The translations under genes and the position numbers were made by a program. DNA of 64,000 nucleotides, taken from NCBI GenBank assembly GCA_965206765.1, contig OZ242222.1, positions 193,662-257,661 of the forward strand, read 5' to 3'. This DNA comes from Candidatus Multivorans sp. (GTDB lineage: Bacteria > Acidobacteriota > Thermoanaerobaculia > Multivoradales > Multivoraceae). Positions 1-9,600 of this stretch are shown piece after piece (position 1 is the first letter of the stretch; every line of letters begins with the position of its first letter). The notes under the pieces were generated by a model that was not told the origin of the DNA, did not search any database, and saw only the letters and a program-made list of their open reading frames with translations.

Positions 1-192
1 GCTACCGGCCAAGGGCCGAGGGTGGATCACCTTCTGCGCGGTGGGTGGCTCAGTTTCCGAGCGATGCCTCCACCGAAGCGAAGGCGGAGATCTTCCGGTA
101 CATCGAGGGCTGGTACAACACCCATCGTCGTCACTCCGCAATCGGAGCGATCACCCGTCAACTTCGAGAAGAGCTACCTCGAAGCTCCTTGA
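1..192 (+). pseudogene. IS3-family transposase OrfB C-terminal fragment, 5' truncated by the window edge. A frameshift at about nt 145 displaces the canonical ending SPVNFEKSYLEAP* into the +1 frame, which stops at 190-192.
   Basis: Frame 0 reads ...EIFRYIEGWYNTHRRHSAIG, the typical IS3 integrase-core C-terminus. The expected continuation Y-x-SPVNFEKSYLEAP-stop appears only in the +1 frame. Confidence 0.6.
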
Positions 193-340
193 TTCCCCAA
201 ACACAAACCGTCCATGAAACCGGGGCAACCCCAAGCATCTCCACCATCAACCCGGAAGAGCCCCACAAAGTAAACTACGCACTCGCAACACCGAATGAAG
301 GTCGCAAGGAGGCACGTGGGGAGCTACTGGGTTCACCTCG

Positions 341-356
341 TCAGTCGGCCGACTGA
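341..356. repeat. Perfect 16-bp palindrome TCAGTCGGCCGACTGA containing the stop codons of both convergent reading frames.
   Basis: Read directly: tcagtcgg/ccgactga are exact reverse complements. The minus-strand gene stops at 341-343 and the plus-strand remnant ORF stops at 354-356. Confidence 0.7.
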
Positions 357-3226
357 TACTCCTTCCCGTAGATTGTGACGTTGGTCAACCCATCCAGTGG
401 GGAGAAATCCGCGATCCTGTTGTCTCCCAGAAACAACAGCCGCAAAGAACCCAGACCCGAGAGTGGTGTGACGTCTGTGATTCTGTTGTCCGTAAGGAAT
501 AGGTATAGTAAATCTCTCAGACCTTCAAGCGGCCCGATGTCCACGATCCGATTTCCGCTTAGACCCAAATCCTGGAGGGACGTCATTCCGCTCAACGGCG
601 TGAGATCTACGATCGCGTTGTCGGTGAGTTCCAAGTATAGAAGAGACGTCAGGCTCGCTAGCGATCCAATGTCCACAATTCCGTGACCGGCCAAGTTAAG
701 GTGTTCAAGGGAGGTCATTCCTGCTAGCGGGGTGATGTCGGTAAGGCTGTTGTCACGCATCAACAAGGTCTCCAGAGACAGGGAGCCTAACGGTGATATA
801 TCGACGATCTGGTTTCTATGGAGTTTCAGGAAGCGAAGCGAGTTCAGGCCTGCCAGCGGGCCAACGCTCACTATTCGGTTGTCGGGAATAGTCAAGTATT
901 CCAAGGACACGAGGCCCGCGACTGGAGCTAGATCGGTAACTTCGTTGCGGTCCAGGCTGAGGAATTCAAGCGAAGTGAGCCCCGCCAAAGGCGTGATGTC
1001 TGCAATCCGGTTGCTGGGCAACTCCAGGTGCTCAGTTAGGGTCAACCCCGCCAGGGCAGAGATGTTCACAATCTGGTTGTCGGCGAGCTCCAAACGAGTG
1101 ATGGAGGTCAGACCCGCCAGGTTCGCGATGTTCGCGATCTGGTTGTCGTTGAGTCCCAGGTATTCGAGGGCGATCAGGCCGCCTAGTGGGAGGAGGTCTT
1201 GGATCTCGTTGTTCCCGAGCTTCAGTTGGCGCAGTGAGGTCAGCCTCGCCAAGGGGCTGAGGTTCGAGACAGTGTTGTATCGCAGATCGAGGTGGTCCAA
1301 GGATTGCAGTCGCGCAAGGGAGGTGATATCGGCGATCTGATTCGAGTGCAAACTCAGGTATTCGAGCGACGTCAGGCTCGCGAGGGCGGTGAGATTGGCG
1401 ATCTGGTTCTCGTTCAGTGCCAAGGAGGTGAGATTGACGGCCGCTTCGAGGCCGGTAAGCTCGGTGACACCTTCTGCTGAAGCGGATAGCCTCAGGATGG
1501 TTGCCATTTCTGATCGGTAAACCGTTTCCCCGGTTGTCTTCCCAAGCGTTCGAACGAGAGCGCTCCGTAGGCTCTCGTCCGGGATGTTCACTGGAACAGG
1601 GTCGCTGAGCGTGACGGTTGCGGTGGCTTGAATTCCCGTAGAAACTCCTGCCGGCAAAGTGCCGAAGGAGATTTCGACGGTTTCTGCGACTTCGGTAGCA
1701 TCGTCAGCGAGTGCCCTGAGTTGGACGCTCAGGGTGGTTTCCTCGCCGGTGAAGCTGACGCTCGCCGGCAGCTCGTAGTCGTCGGCCGAGGCGCCGTTGC
1801 CTGGTGTCGCTTGGAGGGGGACCTCAACAACCCGGCCAGGCGCTGCGCTCAAGGTCACTCCTACGTTTGCGCCGCTGCCCTCGTCGGCCGTGTAGGAGGC
1901 GGCCTCGAAAGAGACGCGGACAGCGACCCCGTCGTCGTCGACGATTCTTCCGGTTGCCGCGGCGGTGGTGATTGTTGCGTTTGTAGCAGCAGTGAGGGTG
2001 ACCGTGAAGGTTTCGTCGCCTTCGTAGGCCGAGTCGGCGAGGATGGGCACTTGGATGGTCTGGGGGGCGGCGGCTCCGGCGGGGAACGTCAGCGTCCCGG
2101 ATGTGGAGGTGTAGTCCGTTCCCGAAGTCGCCGTGCCGGCTGCGGTGGCGTACTCGACGGTGACGACGTTTGTGCTCGGTGAGCTTTTGGTGACCGCGAA
2201 GGACATGCGTCCCTCGCTCTCCTCCGCGGTGCCGTTGGCAATGGCCAGCGAAGTGTCGTTGTCGAGGATCGTGAGGGTGTACGGCGCGGTGGAAGTAACG
2301 TTGAAGGGCGCGTAGGTGATGGATAGTTCGATGGTTTCTTCTGCTTCATCGTCGCTGTCGTCCGTGATCGTGACCGTGAACTCGAAAGTGGCGACGTACC
2401 GGGGTGCATCGGTCGACAGGACGAAGGCGTCGGCTGGGAGGGTCAGGTAGTAAGGGAAATCGTAGCTCTCGAAGTCCGCTAGGTAGTTGACGCCTGGGGG
2501 TTTTGCGGTTCCGCGGATGAAGACCTGGAAGCGGATTGCCTGGTGAGGCGCCAGTGCGGCCGCGGTCACGGCCCGTACCGTGATCGTGATGCTCCCACCG
2601 TCCTCGTCAATCTGGCTAGGCCCCTCGAACGAGATCGTGATCGAGGGTTCGTCGTTGTCCTTGAGTGTGAGGCTGTAGGCCGAGGCGAAGGACACATTGT
2701 CCGGAGCGTCGCTGTCGCCTGGCGTCAGGACGATCGTCTCGTCCGGCTCGTCTTCGTTGTCGTCGACGATGTAGATGGTCAGCTCGTGGGTGGCGACGTA
2801 GCGGGAATCCTCCGAGGAGCGAGTGAACGCTTCGGGGGTGAGTGTCACGACGTAGGAGGAAGTCTGAAGGGTCGGGACCTCGTAGTCCGCCGCCTCCGTC
2901 GCTGACCCTCCACGAGCAATGTGAACCTCGACGGCCTCCGTAGGGCGGCGGTCTTCGGCGGTTGCGGCCCGCAGGCTCAGCGTAGCCATGCTGCCATCCT
3001 CGCCGACTTCGTCCGGGCCCTCGACGGAAACCGTGATCGTTGGCTCGCTGTTCTCTTCGGTTTGCGATTGCACGGGCTGGGCGGCGCCGATGACGAAGCC
3101 GAGGAGTGCCAGTGCTACTGAGCCGTGGAGGCCCGGGCGCCTGGGATTCACGGCACTCCGCCGGTACCTGATGCCCTTTTCGGTCGATCGCACAGGTGGG
3201 AGTTGTGGCTTAGCAAGGGTTCGCAC
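341..3226 (-). CDS. Large secreted surface protein: signal peptide, about 5 Calx-beta-like domains, and a C-terminal internalin-like leucine-rich-repeat array of about 17 repeats of 22 aa.
   Basis: N-terminus has a hydrophobic segment ending AAQPVQS. Repeated motifs of the type GxATxxxDY and VxFxxGETxxT indicate Calx-beta. The C-terminal half is LTSLxxLxLxxNQIxDIxPLAxL repeated. Confidence 0.75.
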   Translation of the reverse strand: MRTLAKPQLPPVRSTEKGIRYRRSAVNPRRPGLHGSVALALLGFVIGAAQPVQSQTEENSEPTITVSVEGPDEVGEDGSMATLSLRAATAEDRRPTEAVEVHIARGGSATEAADYEVPTLQTSSYVVTLTPEAFTRSSEDSRYVATHELTIYIVDDNEDEPDETIVLTPGDSDAPDNVSFASAYSLTLKDNDEPSITISFEGPSQIDEDGGSITITVRAVTAAALAPHQAIRFQVFIRGTAKPPGVNYLADFESYDFPYYLTLPADAFVLSTDAPRYVATFEFTVTITDDSDDEAEETIELSITYAPFNVTSTAPYTLTILDNDTSLAIANGTAEESEGRMSFAVTKSSPSTNVVTVEYATAAGTATSGTDYTSTSGTLTFPAGAAAPQTIQVPILADSAYEGDETFTVTLTAATNATITTAAATGRIVDDDGVAVRVSFEAASYTADEGSGANVGVTLSAAPGRVVEVPLQATPGNGASADDYELPASVSFTGEETTLSVQLRALADDATEVAETVEISFGTLPAGVSTGIQATATVTLSDPVPVNIPDESLRSALVRTLGKTTGETVYRSEMATILRLSASAEGVTELTGLEAAVNLTSLALNENQIANLTALASLTSLEYLSLHSNQIADITSLARLQSLDHLDLRYNTVSNLSPLARLTSLRQLKLGNNEIQDLLPLGGLIALEYLGLNDNQIANIANLAGLTSITRLELADNQIVNISALAGLTLTEHLELPSNRIADITPLAGLTSLEFLSLDRNEVTDLAPVAGLVSLEYLTIPDNRIVSVGPLAGLNSLRFLKLHRNQIVDISPLGSLSLETLLMRDNSLTDITPLAGMTSLEHLNLAGHGIVDIGSLASLTSLLYLELTDNAIVDLTPLSGMTSLQDLGLSGNRIVDIGPLEGLRDLLYLFLTDNRITDVTPLSGLGSLRLLFLGDNRIADFSPLDGLTNVTIYGKEYQSAD
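380..1480 (-). repeat. Tandem 66-bp periodic coding repeats (LRR units). This segment has clearly lower GC than the rest of the gene.
   Basis: The protein-level 22-aa LRR periodicity maps here. The local sequence is visibly AT-richer (about 50% GC) than the Calx-beta part upstream. Confidence 0.7.
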
Positions 3227-3401
3227 TCGGTCTCTCCTTCTCGATCAGGCATCGTGGCCTGGTGGCTGAACAGGCTGGTTCCGACTGGTGCCGAACTCTA
3301 GGTGCTACGCCTAGCTCTTGTCACCCCTAGAATTGCGGGGCCACCGACCAAAGGGGGTAGGGCGCACAACGGCTGCCCTCCCGGTCCAGGAACTCGAGCG
3401 G

Positions 3402-4814
3402 TCATTCGGTCGCGGAACCTGTGCGCGGGACGAGACGGATGCCCTGGTTCGGCGGCGGTTGGCGAAGGTCGCCGCGGCCGGTCCGGCGGAGGATCGGGTA
3501 CACACCCGCCGCGTCCGGGTGAATGGCATAGGTCTCCCAGCCGCGAATTGGCAACCGGTCGTCCACCCGCTCCCACAGCGAAAGAGCGCCGGAGATTCCC
3601 GAGTGAAGATGCCTGGCCTCAGGAAAGGTCTCCGCATGGCTGAACCCGCCGAGGATGGTCTTCTCACCGGCCTCGTTCCACCATTCGAGTCGACTATTCC
3701 CAACGTCGCCGATCAGGCGCGGGAGCGGCAGCACCTCACTGCCGGCGCGAAGCGCCAGTCCGCCGCCCCGCAGCGGAACCGTCTGCGCCCCATCATGGGA
3801 TGTGGCCAGCACATGACTCACGTATTCGTGGGCGGCTTCGGGAGCGAAATGGCCGCGCCAGTTCAGCGCGTCGTAGAAGGGGACGCTCAGGTGCAGGCCG
3901 TAGTAGCCGCGGGTCTGGTGGTACGCGTGCACGGAGTCGAGGAAGCCCTGAGCGTTCGGGCTGTCGGCGAACCGGCTGTAGGCGTCGAGCGCAGGGTTGC
4001 GGTCCCGCAGGAAGTGGATGAACCGGGTTTCCGGGGCATGGGCCGGGCGATACACCCGGCCCTGCATCGGGATCAGGTTAAGGATGCCGAGGACGGAGAC
4101 GATGCCGGCGTAGGCGAGGCCGGCGGGCCGTCCGAAGCGCGCCAGAGCGTTGCCGTCGACCGCGGCACGGCCCGCCCGACGCCCGAATCCGGTTGCGAGC
4201 ACGTCGGCGAACAGCAGCAACCATAGCGGGATGAGCGCGAACAGGAAACGGTACTCCCGGTGGTCGAGCATCAGGTGCGGCAGCAGTAGCGACAGCAAAA
4301 CGAGCAGCACCAGACCGCGCCGGCGCAGATCGAGCAGGGCCGCACCGGCGACCGCCGCGGCGCCGCCGCTGGCGATGCCGAACCAGGCCAGGTAGCTCCA
4401 GGGCGTCGACTGGCCGGCGCGGCTCGGCGCGATGACGGCGTTGACGTCGAAGTTCACGAAGTAGGAGCGCAGGAAGCCGCCCCAGGTCAGATAGTCCAGC
4501 GTGCCGACCACGAGCGCCCCGGCCGCGACGGCGCCGCCGAGAACGAGACGGCCGCGAGCAGGCGAGCGGGCGCCCAGGGCCAGCAGCAGAATCCCCGCGG
4601 CGGGCGCGTACTGGAACCGCACGGCGGAGGGCACGAGCCACGACCGCGCGCCGTAGAAGAACTCCCAGTGCAGCACGCCGTTGCCGAACACGAGCCAGGG
4701 GCGGGCTCGAGGTACTGCATGACCTCGTCGGGGTGGAGGATGAACTCGCCGCCAAGGGCGACCGCGGCGCGGGCCGCGAAGGCCGCCGCCAGCACGGTCC
4801 AGAGATGCCGCCAT
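3402..4814 (-). CDS. Polytopic membrane glycosyltransferase, GT22/PIG-B-like polyprenol-phosphate-mannose-dependent mannosyltransferase.
   Basis: Multiple hydrophobic helices and the motif HREYRF (the H-K/R-E-F/Y-RF signature of the Alg9/PIG-B family). N-terminal boundary is uncertain. Confidence 0.5.
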   Translation of the reverse strand: MAASLDRAGGGLRGPRRGRPWRRVHPPPRRGHAVPRARPWLVFGNGVLHWEFFYGARSWLVPSAVRFQYAPAAGILLLALGARSPARGRLVLGGAVAAGALVVGTLDYLTWGGFLRSYFVNFDVNAVIAPSRAGQSTPWSYLAWFGIASGGAAAVAGAALLDLRRRGLVLLVLLSLLLPHLMLDHREYRFLFALIPLWLLLFADVLATGFGRRAGRAAVDGNALARFGRPAGLAYAGIVSVLGILNLIPMQGRVYRPAHAPETRFIHFLRDRNPALDAYSRFADSPNAQGFLDSVHAYHQTRGYYGLHLSVPFYDALNWRGHFAPEAAHEYVSHVLATSHDGAQTVPLRGGGLALRAGSEVLPLPRLIGDVGNSRLEWWNEAGEKTILGGFSHAETFPEARHLHSGISGALSLWERVDDRLPIRGWETYAIHPDAAGVYPILRRTGRGDLRQPPPNQGIRLVPRTGSATE

Positions 4815-5209
4815 GGCGGCTCGGTCGGTCCGGTCGCTGGCCTGGGCACAGAGGGCCGCCGCTGCTTGCGGACGTATTCGCTCTTCCGCTTGCGGCGTCG
4901 CTCGGCCATCGCTCGGTCATGCACCCTAGCTGACTGCCACCGCGCGTCGGCCACTCGCGCGAGCGCGAACCAGAGCGGCGATGCTGGTGTTATCGCCGAG
5001 CTGGGGCGAGTCGTGACTTCCGTCTCACCGACGTCCATACCTCCGTGACGTAGGCGCTACAATGCCCGTGTCCCGAGCATTGTTTGACGGTTTCGTCGCG
5101 CCTCGCGTCAGTCGCTTGCCCGGGGTGCCTCAGCATCGGGAATCGATCCTGCGAAGGCGTCGCCGCGATGGACAGGGGTGGGGCTTTCACCAACCGCCGG
5201 AGGGAGCCC

Positions 5210-6616
5210 ATGAAGCCCCAGCCCCAGCCGCCTTCGTCACGACGGATCGTCCTCAAGGTGCTCCTGGCCGGCGTTGTGCTGCTGCTCGCCGCGTCCGCGG
5301 CGGGAGCGCAGGCGCCCGGGGAAGTCGCCTACGTCTTCAACACGTACGCGTTCCTGGTCTGGGGCGCGTTCATCATGTGGATGTGCGCCGGCTTCACGAT
5401 GCTCGAGGCGGGGTCCGTGCGGACGAAGAACGCATCGGTGATCTGCCTCAAGAACATCGGGCTCTACTCGATCGCCGGGATCGCCTACTACGTGATCGGC
5501 TACAACCTGATGTACGTCGATGTCGGCGGCTGGATCGGTTCGATCAAGCCGCTGTTTGAAGCGTCGGCGGACGAGATGGCGCTTCTTGGCGGCGATGCGG
5601 ACAAGACCGCGGCGGTCGTAGCGAGCGGCTACTCAGAGATGTCGAGCTGGTTCTTCCAGATGACCTTCGTGGCCACTACCGCGTCCATCGTGTCGGGCGC
5701 TCTCGCGGAACGGGTCAAGCTCTGGTCGTTCCTCATCTTCACGGCCGTCCTGACCGCCGTCATCTACCCGATCGTCGGCGCCTGGACGTGGGGCGGCGGC
5801 TGGCTGGCCGAGCTCGGTTTCCAGGACTTTGCCGGCTCGACCATCGTGCATTCGACCGGTGGATGGGCGGCGCTGGCCGGCATCATCATGGTTGGAGCGA
5901 GGCGAAACAAGTTCCGGTCCGACGGCAGCGTCAAGGTGACGCCGCCGTCGAACGTGCCGATCGTGACCCTCGGCGTCTTCATCCTCTGGATGGGTTGGTT
6001 CGGATTCAACGGCGGTTCGCAGCTCGCGCTGGGCGGCGCGGCGGACGCGACTGCGATGGGCAACCTGCTGATCAACACGAACCTCGGCGCCGCCGCCGGT
6101 GTCGTGGCGGCCCTCGCCCTGTCGCGGCCGCTGCTGGGCCGGGTCGACCTGATGGGGGTCCTCAACGGCGCGTTGGGCGGGCTGGTCGGCGTCACCGCCG
6201 GTCCCGACCTTGTCGGCCATCACTGGGCGCTGCTCATCGGCGCCGTCGGCGGCGTGGTCACGGTCTCCGGCATGGCCCTGCTCGAGCGGATGAAGCTGGA
6301 CGACGTCGTCGGCGCCGTTCCGGTCCATCTGTTCGCCGGCATCTGGGGCACCCTCGCCGTCTGCATCGCCGCGGGCGGCAACTTCGTCGATCAGCTCGTC
6401 GGCATCCTGGCCATCGGCGTCTTCGTCTTCGGGATGTCCCTGCTTCTGTGGTGGGCGATCGAGAAGACGATCGGCGTTCGCGTTTCGCCGGAGGTCGAGG
6501 AACTCGGTCAGGACATGGCCGAGCTCGGCATCGAGTCCTACCCCGAGTTCATCCTGATGCCGGACGAGGACGACATGCAGGCCGCCAAGGAGGCGCAGGA
6601 CAGCGTGAGGCACTGA
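5210..6616 (+). CDS. amt: Ammonium transporter (Amt/AmtB family) with signal peptide.
   Basis: Motifs typical of Amt, such as FMWMCAGFTMLEAGSVRTKNA and 11 TM helices. ATG at 5210 is preceded by GGAGGGAG. The tool ORF begins at 5084 but its upstream part is non-Amt-like. Confidence 0.9.
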   Translation: MKPQPQPPSSRRIVLKVLLAGVVLLLAASAAGAQAPGEVAYVFNTYAFLVWGAFIMWMCAGFTMLEAGSVRTKNASVICLKNIGLYSIAGIAYYVIGYNLMYVDVGGWIGSIKPLFEASADEMALLGGDADKTAAVVASGYSEMSSWFFQMTFVATTASIVSGALAERVKLWSFLIFTAVLTAVIYPIVGAWTWGGGWLAELGFQDFAGSTIVHSTGGWAALAGIIMVGARRNKFRSDGSVKVTPPSNVPIVTLGVFILWMGWFGFNGGSQLALGGAADATAMGNLLINTNLGAAAGVVAALALSRPLLGRVDLMGVLNGALGGLVGVTAGPDLVGHHWALLIGAVGGVVTVSGMALLERMKLDDVVGAVPVHLFAGIWGTLAVCIAAGGNFVDQLVGILAIGVFVFGMSLLLWWAIEKTIGVRVSPEVEELGQDMAELGIESYPEFILMPDEDDMQAAKEAQDSVRH

Positions 6617-6643
6617 GGCTGGCCCAGCGCTGGCGTCTAAGAT

Positions 6644-6657
6644 CTATCATTTGATAG
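6644..6657. promoter_or_regulatory. Palindromic candidate operator CTATCA-TT-TGATAG in an AT-rich patch immediately upstream of the HTH-helicase gene.
   Basis: Exact 6-bp inverted arms with a 2-bp spacer, low local GC, 7-46 bp upstream of the candidate starts at 6664 and 6703. Confidence 0.3.
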
Positions 6658-6663
6658 GTCGAG

Positions 6664-9600
6664 TTGTGGTTGTCACGCAATGCTGTGCTAGCGTGCGTCG
6701 CCATGGCGGCGTTCACTTCTGCGGATGGCTCTCCGGTTGACGTCGGCGCCGAGGTGCGGCGCCTCCGAAGTCAGCTCGGGTTGACCCAGGAACAATTCGG
6801 GGACCGTCTAGGCGTCTCGACCATCACCGTTCATCGATGGGAGTCCGGCCAGTCGCAACCGCGGCGGCTTGCGGTTGAGAAGTTGGCGCAACTCTCCGAG
6901 CAGGCGGCGGCAGAGTCGACTCCACGACCGATGCGAGGGCTTCGACTCTCAATTGCGGCTGCCGACGGCGCGCCGCTGGACTTCGCCGGCGATCCGGAGG
7001 CCGTCCTGGCAGTGGCGGACGCTTTGCGACTGTCGTTCGGGCATCAGTTCAACCCGGCGTTCGCGATCGAGACGTCACGCATCGACCCGTTGCTGCATCA
7101 GCGCTTCGCGGTCTACGAGCGGATGCTGAAGCAGGATCCGCTGCGGTTTCTGCTCGCCGACGACGCCGGCGCCGGGAAGACGATCATGACCGGCCTGTAC
7201 GTCCGCGAAATGTTGTCGCGTGGGCGTTTGAAGCGGGTGTTGATCGTTCCGCCAGCGGGTCTCGTGGGCAACTGGCGGCGGGAACTCCAGACCCTGTTTC
7301 GGCTCGACTTCCGGATCGTCACCGGCGCCGACGTGCGGGGGAGCAACCCGTTCCGCGGCGCGGGAAGCGATCGCGTCATTGTCTCCGTGGACACGCTGGC
7401 GGGGGAGACCATGTTCGAGGCTCTTCGCCAAGCCGGTGGTCCGGCCTACGACTTGGTCGTTTTCGACGAGGCCCACAAGCTGAGCGTGCGTGAACGGGGA
7501 GTCCGGGTCGAGCGAACTCTCCGTTACAAGTTGGCCGAGGCGCTGGCTGTCAGGGCCGACTCGGGCAGTTCCTTTGGCGGGCTCGGCTGGACTGCCCGGC
7601 ATCTGCTGCTGCTTACCGCTACGCCGCACATGGGCAAGAGCGTCCCCTACGCATGGCTCTGGAGACTGCTCGATGCCGACGCCTTCGGGGCAGTGGAAGC
7701 CGTACGCCGTGCCCCCCAACTGACCCGCGACCGGCACTTCCTTCGCCGCACGAAGGAGGAAATGGTCGGCCTCGACGGCGAGCCGCTCTACCCGCAGCGC
7801 AAATGCAGCACGTTCACGTACGAGCTGAGCGGAGGGGACTGCGGCGAGCAGGATCTCTACGACCGCACGACGCAGTACCTCGATGAGCACTACGGCCGCG
7901 CTCTCGACAATCAACCGGCGCTGGAACTGGCCAAGACCGTGTTCCAGCGACGCCTTGCCAGCTCGACCTGGGCGTTGTTGCGCTCCTTCGAGCGGCGGAT
8001 CGAGAAGCTCGCGCAGACCGCGGACGCGATCGAGAGCGGCGAACTCACCGCGGAGCTGTTGCAGCGCAGGCAGGCGCTGCTGGGCAACCGCTATCGGCAC
8101 GACTATTTCGACGACACGGCCGCGGACGAGGACGTGGCGTCGGACGGCTTTGCCGAGGGAAACGAGGCCTACGAGGATGCGGTGCTCGGCGCGGTCACCG
8201 TGGTCGGCGTGGAGGAGCTGAGGCGCGAGGCCCGGCAGGTCGAGACGTTGGCGGAGCGGGCGCGCCGGCTGGTCGATTCCGGGCGGGAGACGAAGTTCGA
8301 GCGCTTGCAAGAGGTCCTGGAGAGGCCCGAGCATCAGAACGAGAAGTGGCTCATTTTCAGTGAGCACCGGGACACGGTGGACTACCTGGTGCGGCGACTT
8401 GAGGGGCTCGGATACCGGGGGCAGACAGCGCAGATCCATGGCGGCATGGACTGGAAGGAGCGCGACCGCCAGGTGGAGGCCTTTCGCCGTCCGAACGGCG
8501 CGCGCTACATGGTGGCCACCGACGCCGCGGGGGAGGGCATCAACCTGCAGTTCTGCCGCTTGATGGTCAACTACGACATTCCGTGGAACCCGGCCCGCTT
8601 GGAACAGCGGATGGGCCGGATCCATCGCTACGGCCAGCAGTTCGAGGTCCGAATCGTGAACCTGGTAGCGGGCAGCACGCGCGAGGGACGGGTGCTGCAG
8701 GTGCTTCTGGAGAAGCTCGAGGAGATTCGTGCTGAACTGGCCTCCGACAAGGTGTTCGATGTCATCGGCCGCCTGTTCGAGGGCGAGTCGCTGACCGGGT
8801 TCATGGCCAACGCCGTGACCGCGGAGGGCGAGCGGCTGGCTGTTGACCGGATCGAAGAAGCGCTCGGCACTTCCAGGGTGAAGAGAATCCGCGCGCGCGA
8901 CGCCGAGGTCTACGGCGTGCCGAAACAGAAGGTGACCGGTGAGGACCTGCGACCGGACGTGGAGCGAGAGCGTTACCTGCAGCTCCTTCCTGCACACGTT
9001 CGTCGGCTAGTGGAACGTGGGGCCCGCCTGCTCGACGTCGAGATTCGCGGCGACCTGGACGACCGGTTCGCACTCGAGCCGGGCCGTCCCGGCGCGCTCG
9101 ACCCCTTGCTGTTGGCGCTGGAAGCCTATCCGCCCGAGGCGCGCGACTGGTTGACTGTTCGCCGGCCTCGGGAAGACGACACCGGCATCTGGCTCCATCC
9201 CGGCGAGCCGCTGTTCGACGCTCTGTGCACGCATATCCGGTCTCGCTATGGCAGGGACGCGCAGCGCGGCGCCATCTTCGTCGATCCGAGGGCCGGGGAG
9301 CCCTACCTACTTCATCTCGCCGAGTTGCGGGTGGAGCGGAAGGACGTCCCTGGGAACGCCGTCGCCTCCGTCCCTGGGAACGCGGGCGTCTCGCCCGCAT
9401 CCGGCCCGGAAGGGTCGCCCCAGACCGGTTCGGCGGTACTTCCGGTTGCCGACCGGCGCGTTCTGGAACGCCGGCTGGTGGCGTTGCAGCAACGAGAGGG
9501 CGCCCAGCCGGTTCAGTGCCCCGTTGAGCAACTGCTGTCGCTTTCCGGCACCGGTCTGGCGCCTGGCATGGCGCCGCTGGCGCCGCGCGCCCCTGTGCTG

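Noticed and set aside
380-1480. Regularly spaced repeats that could be mistaken for a CRISPR array.
   Set aside because: The 66-bp periodicity is in-frame and encodes LRR units of one continuous ORF. There are no spacer/repeat alternations with conserved 28-37-bp repeats, and no cas genes.
7075-8997. 640-aa ORF antisense to the helicase gene.
   Set aside because: Arg/Ala/Pro-rich low-complexity translation typical of the antisense strand in high-GC DNA. No recognisable motifs. The helicase on the sense strand is unambiguous.
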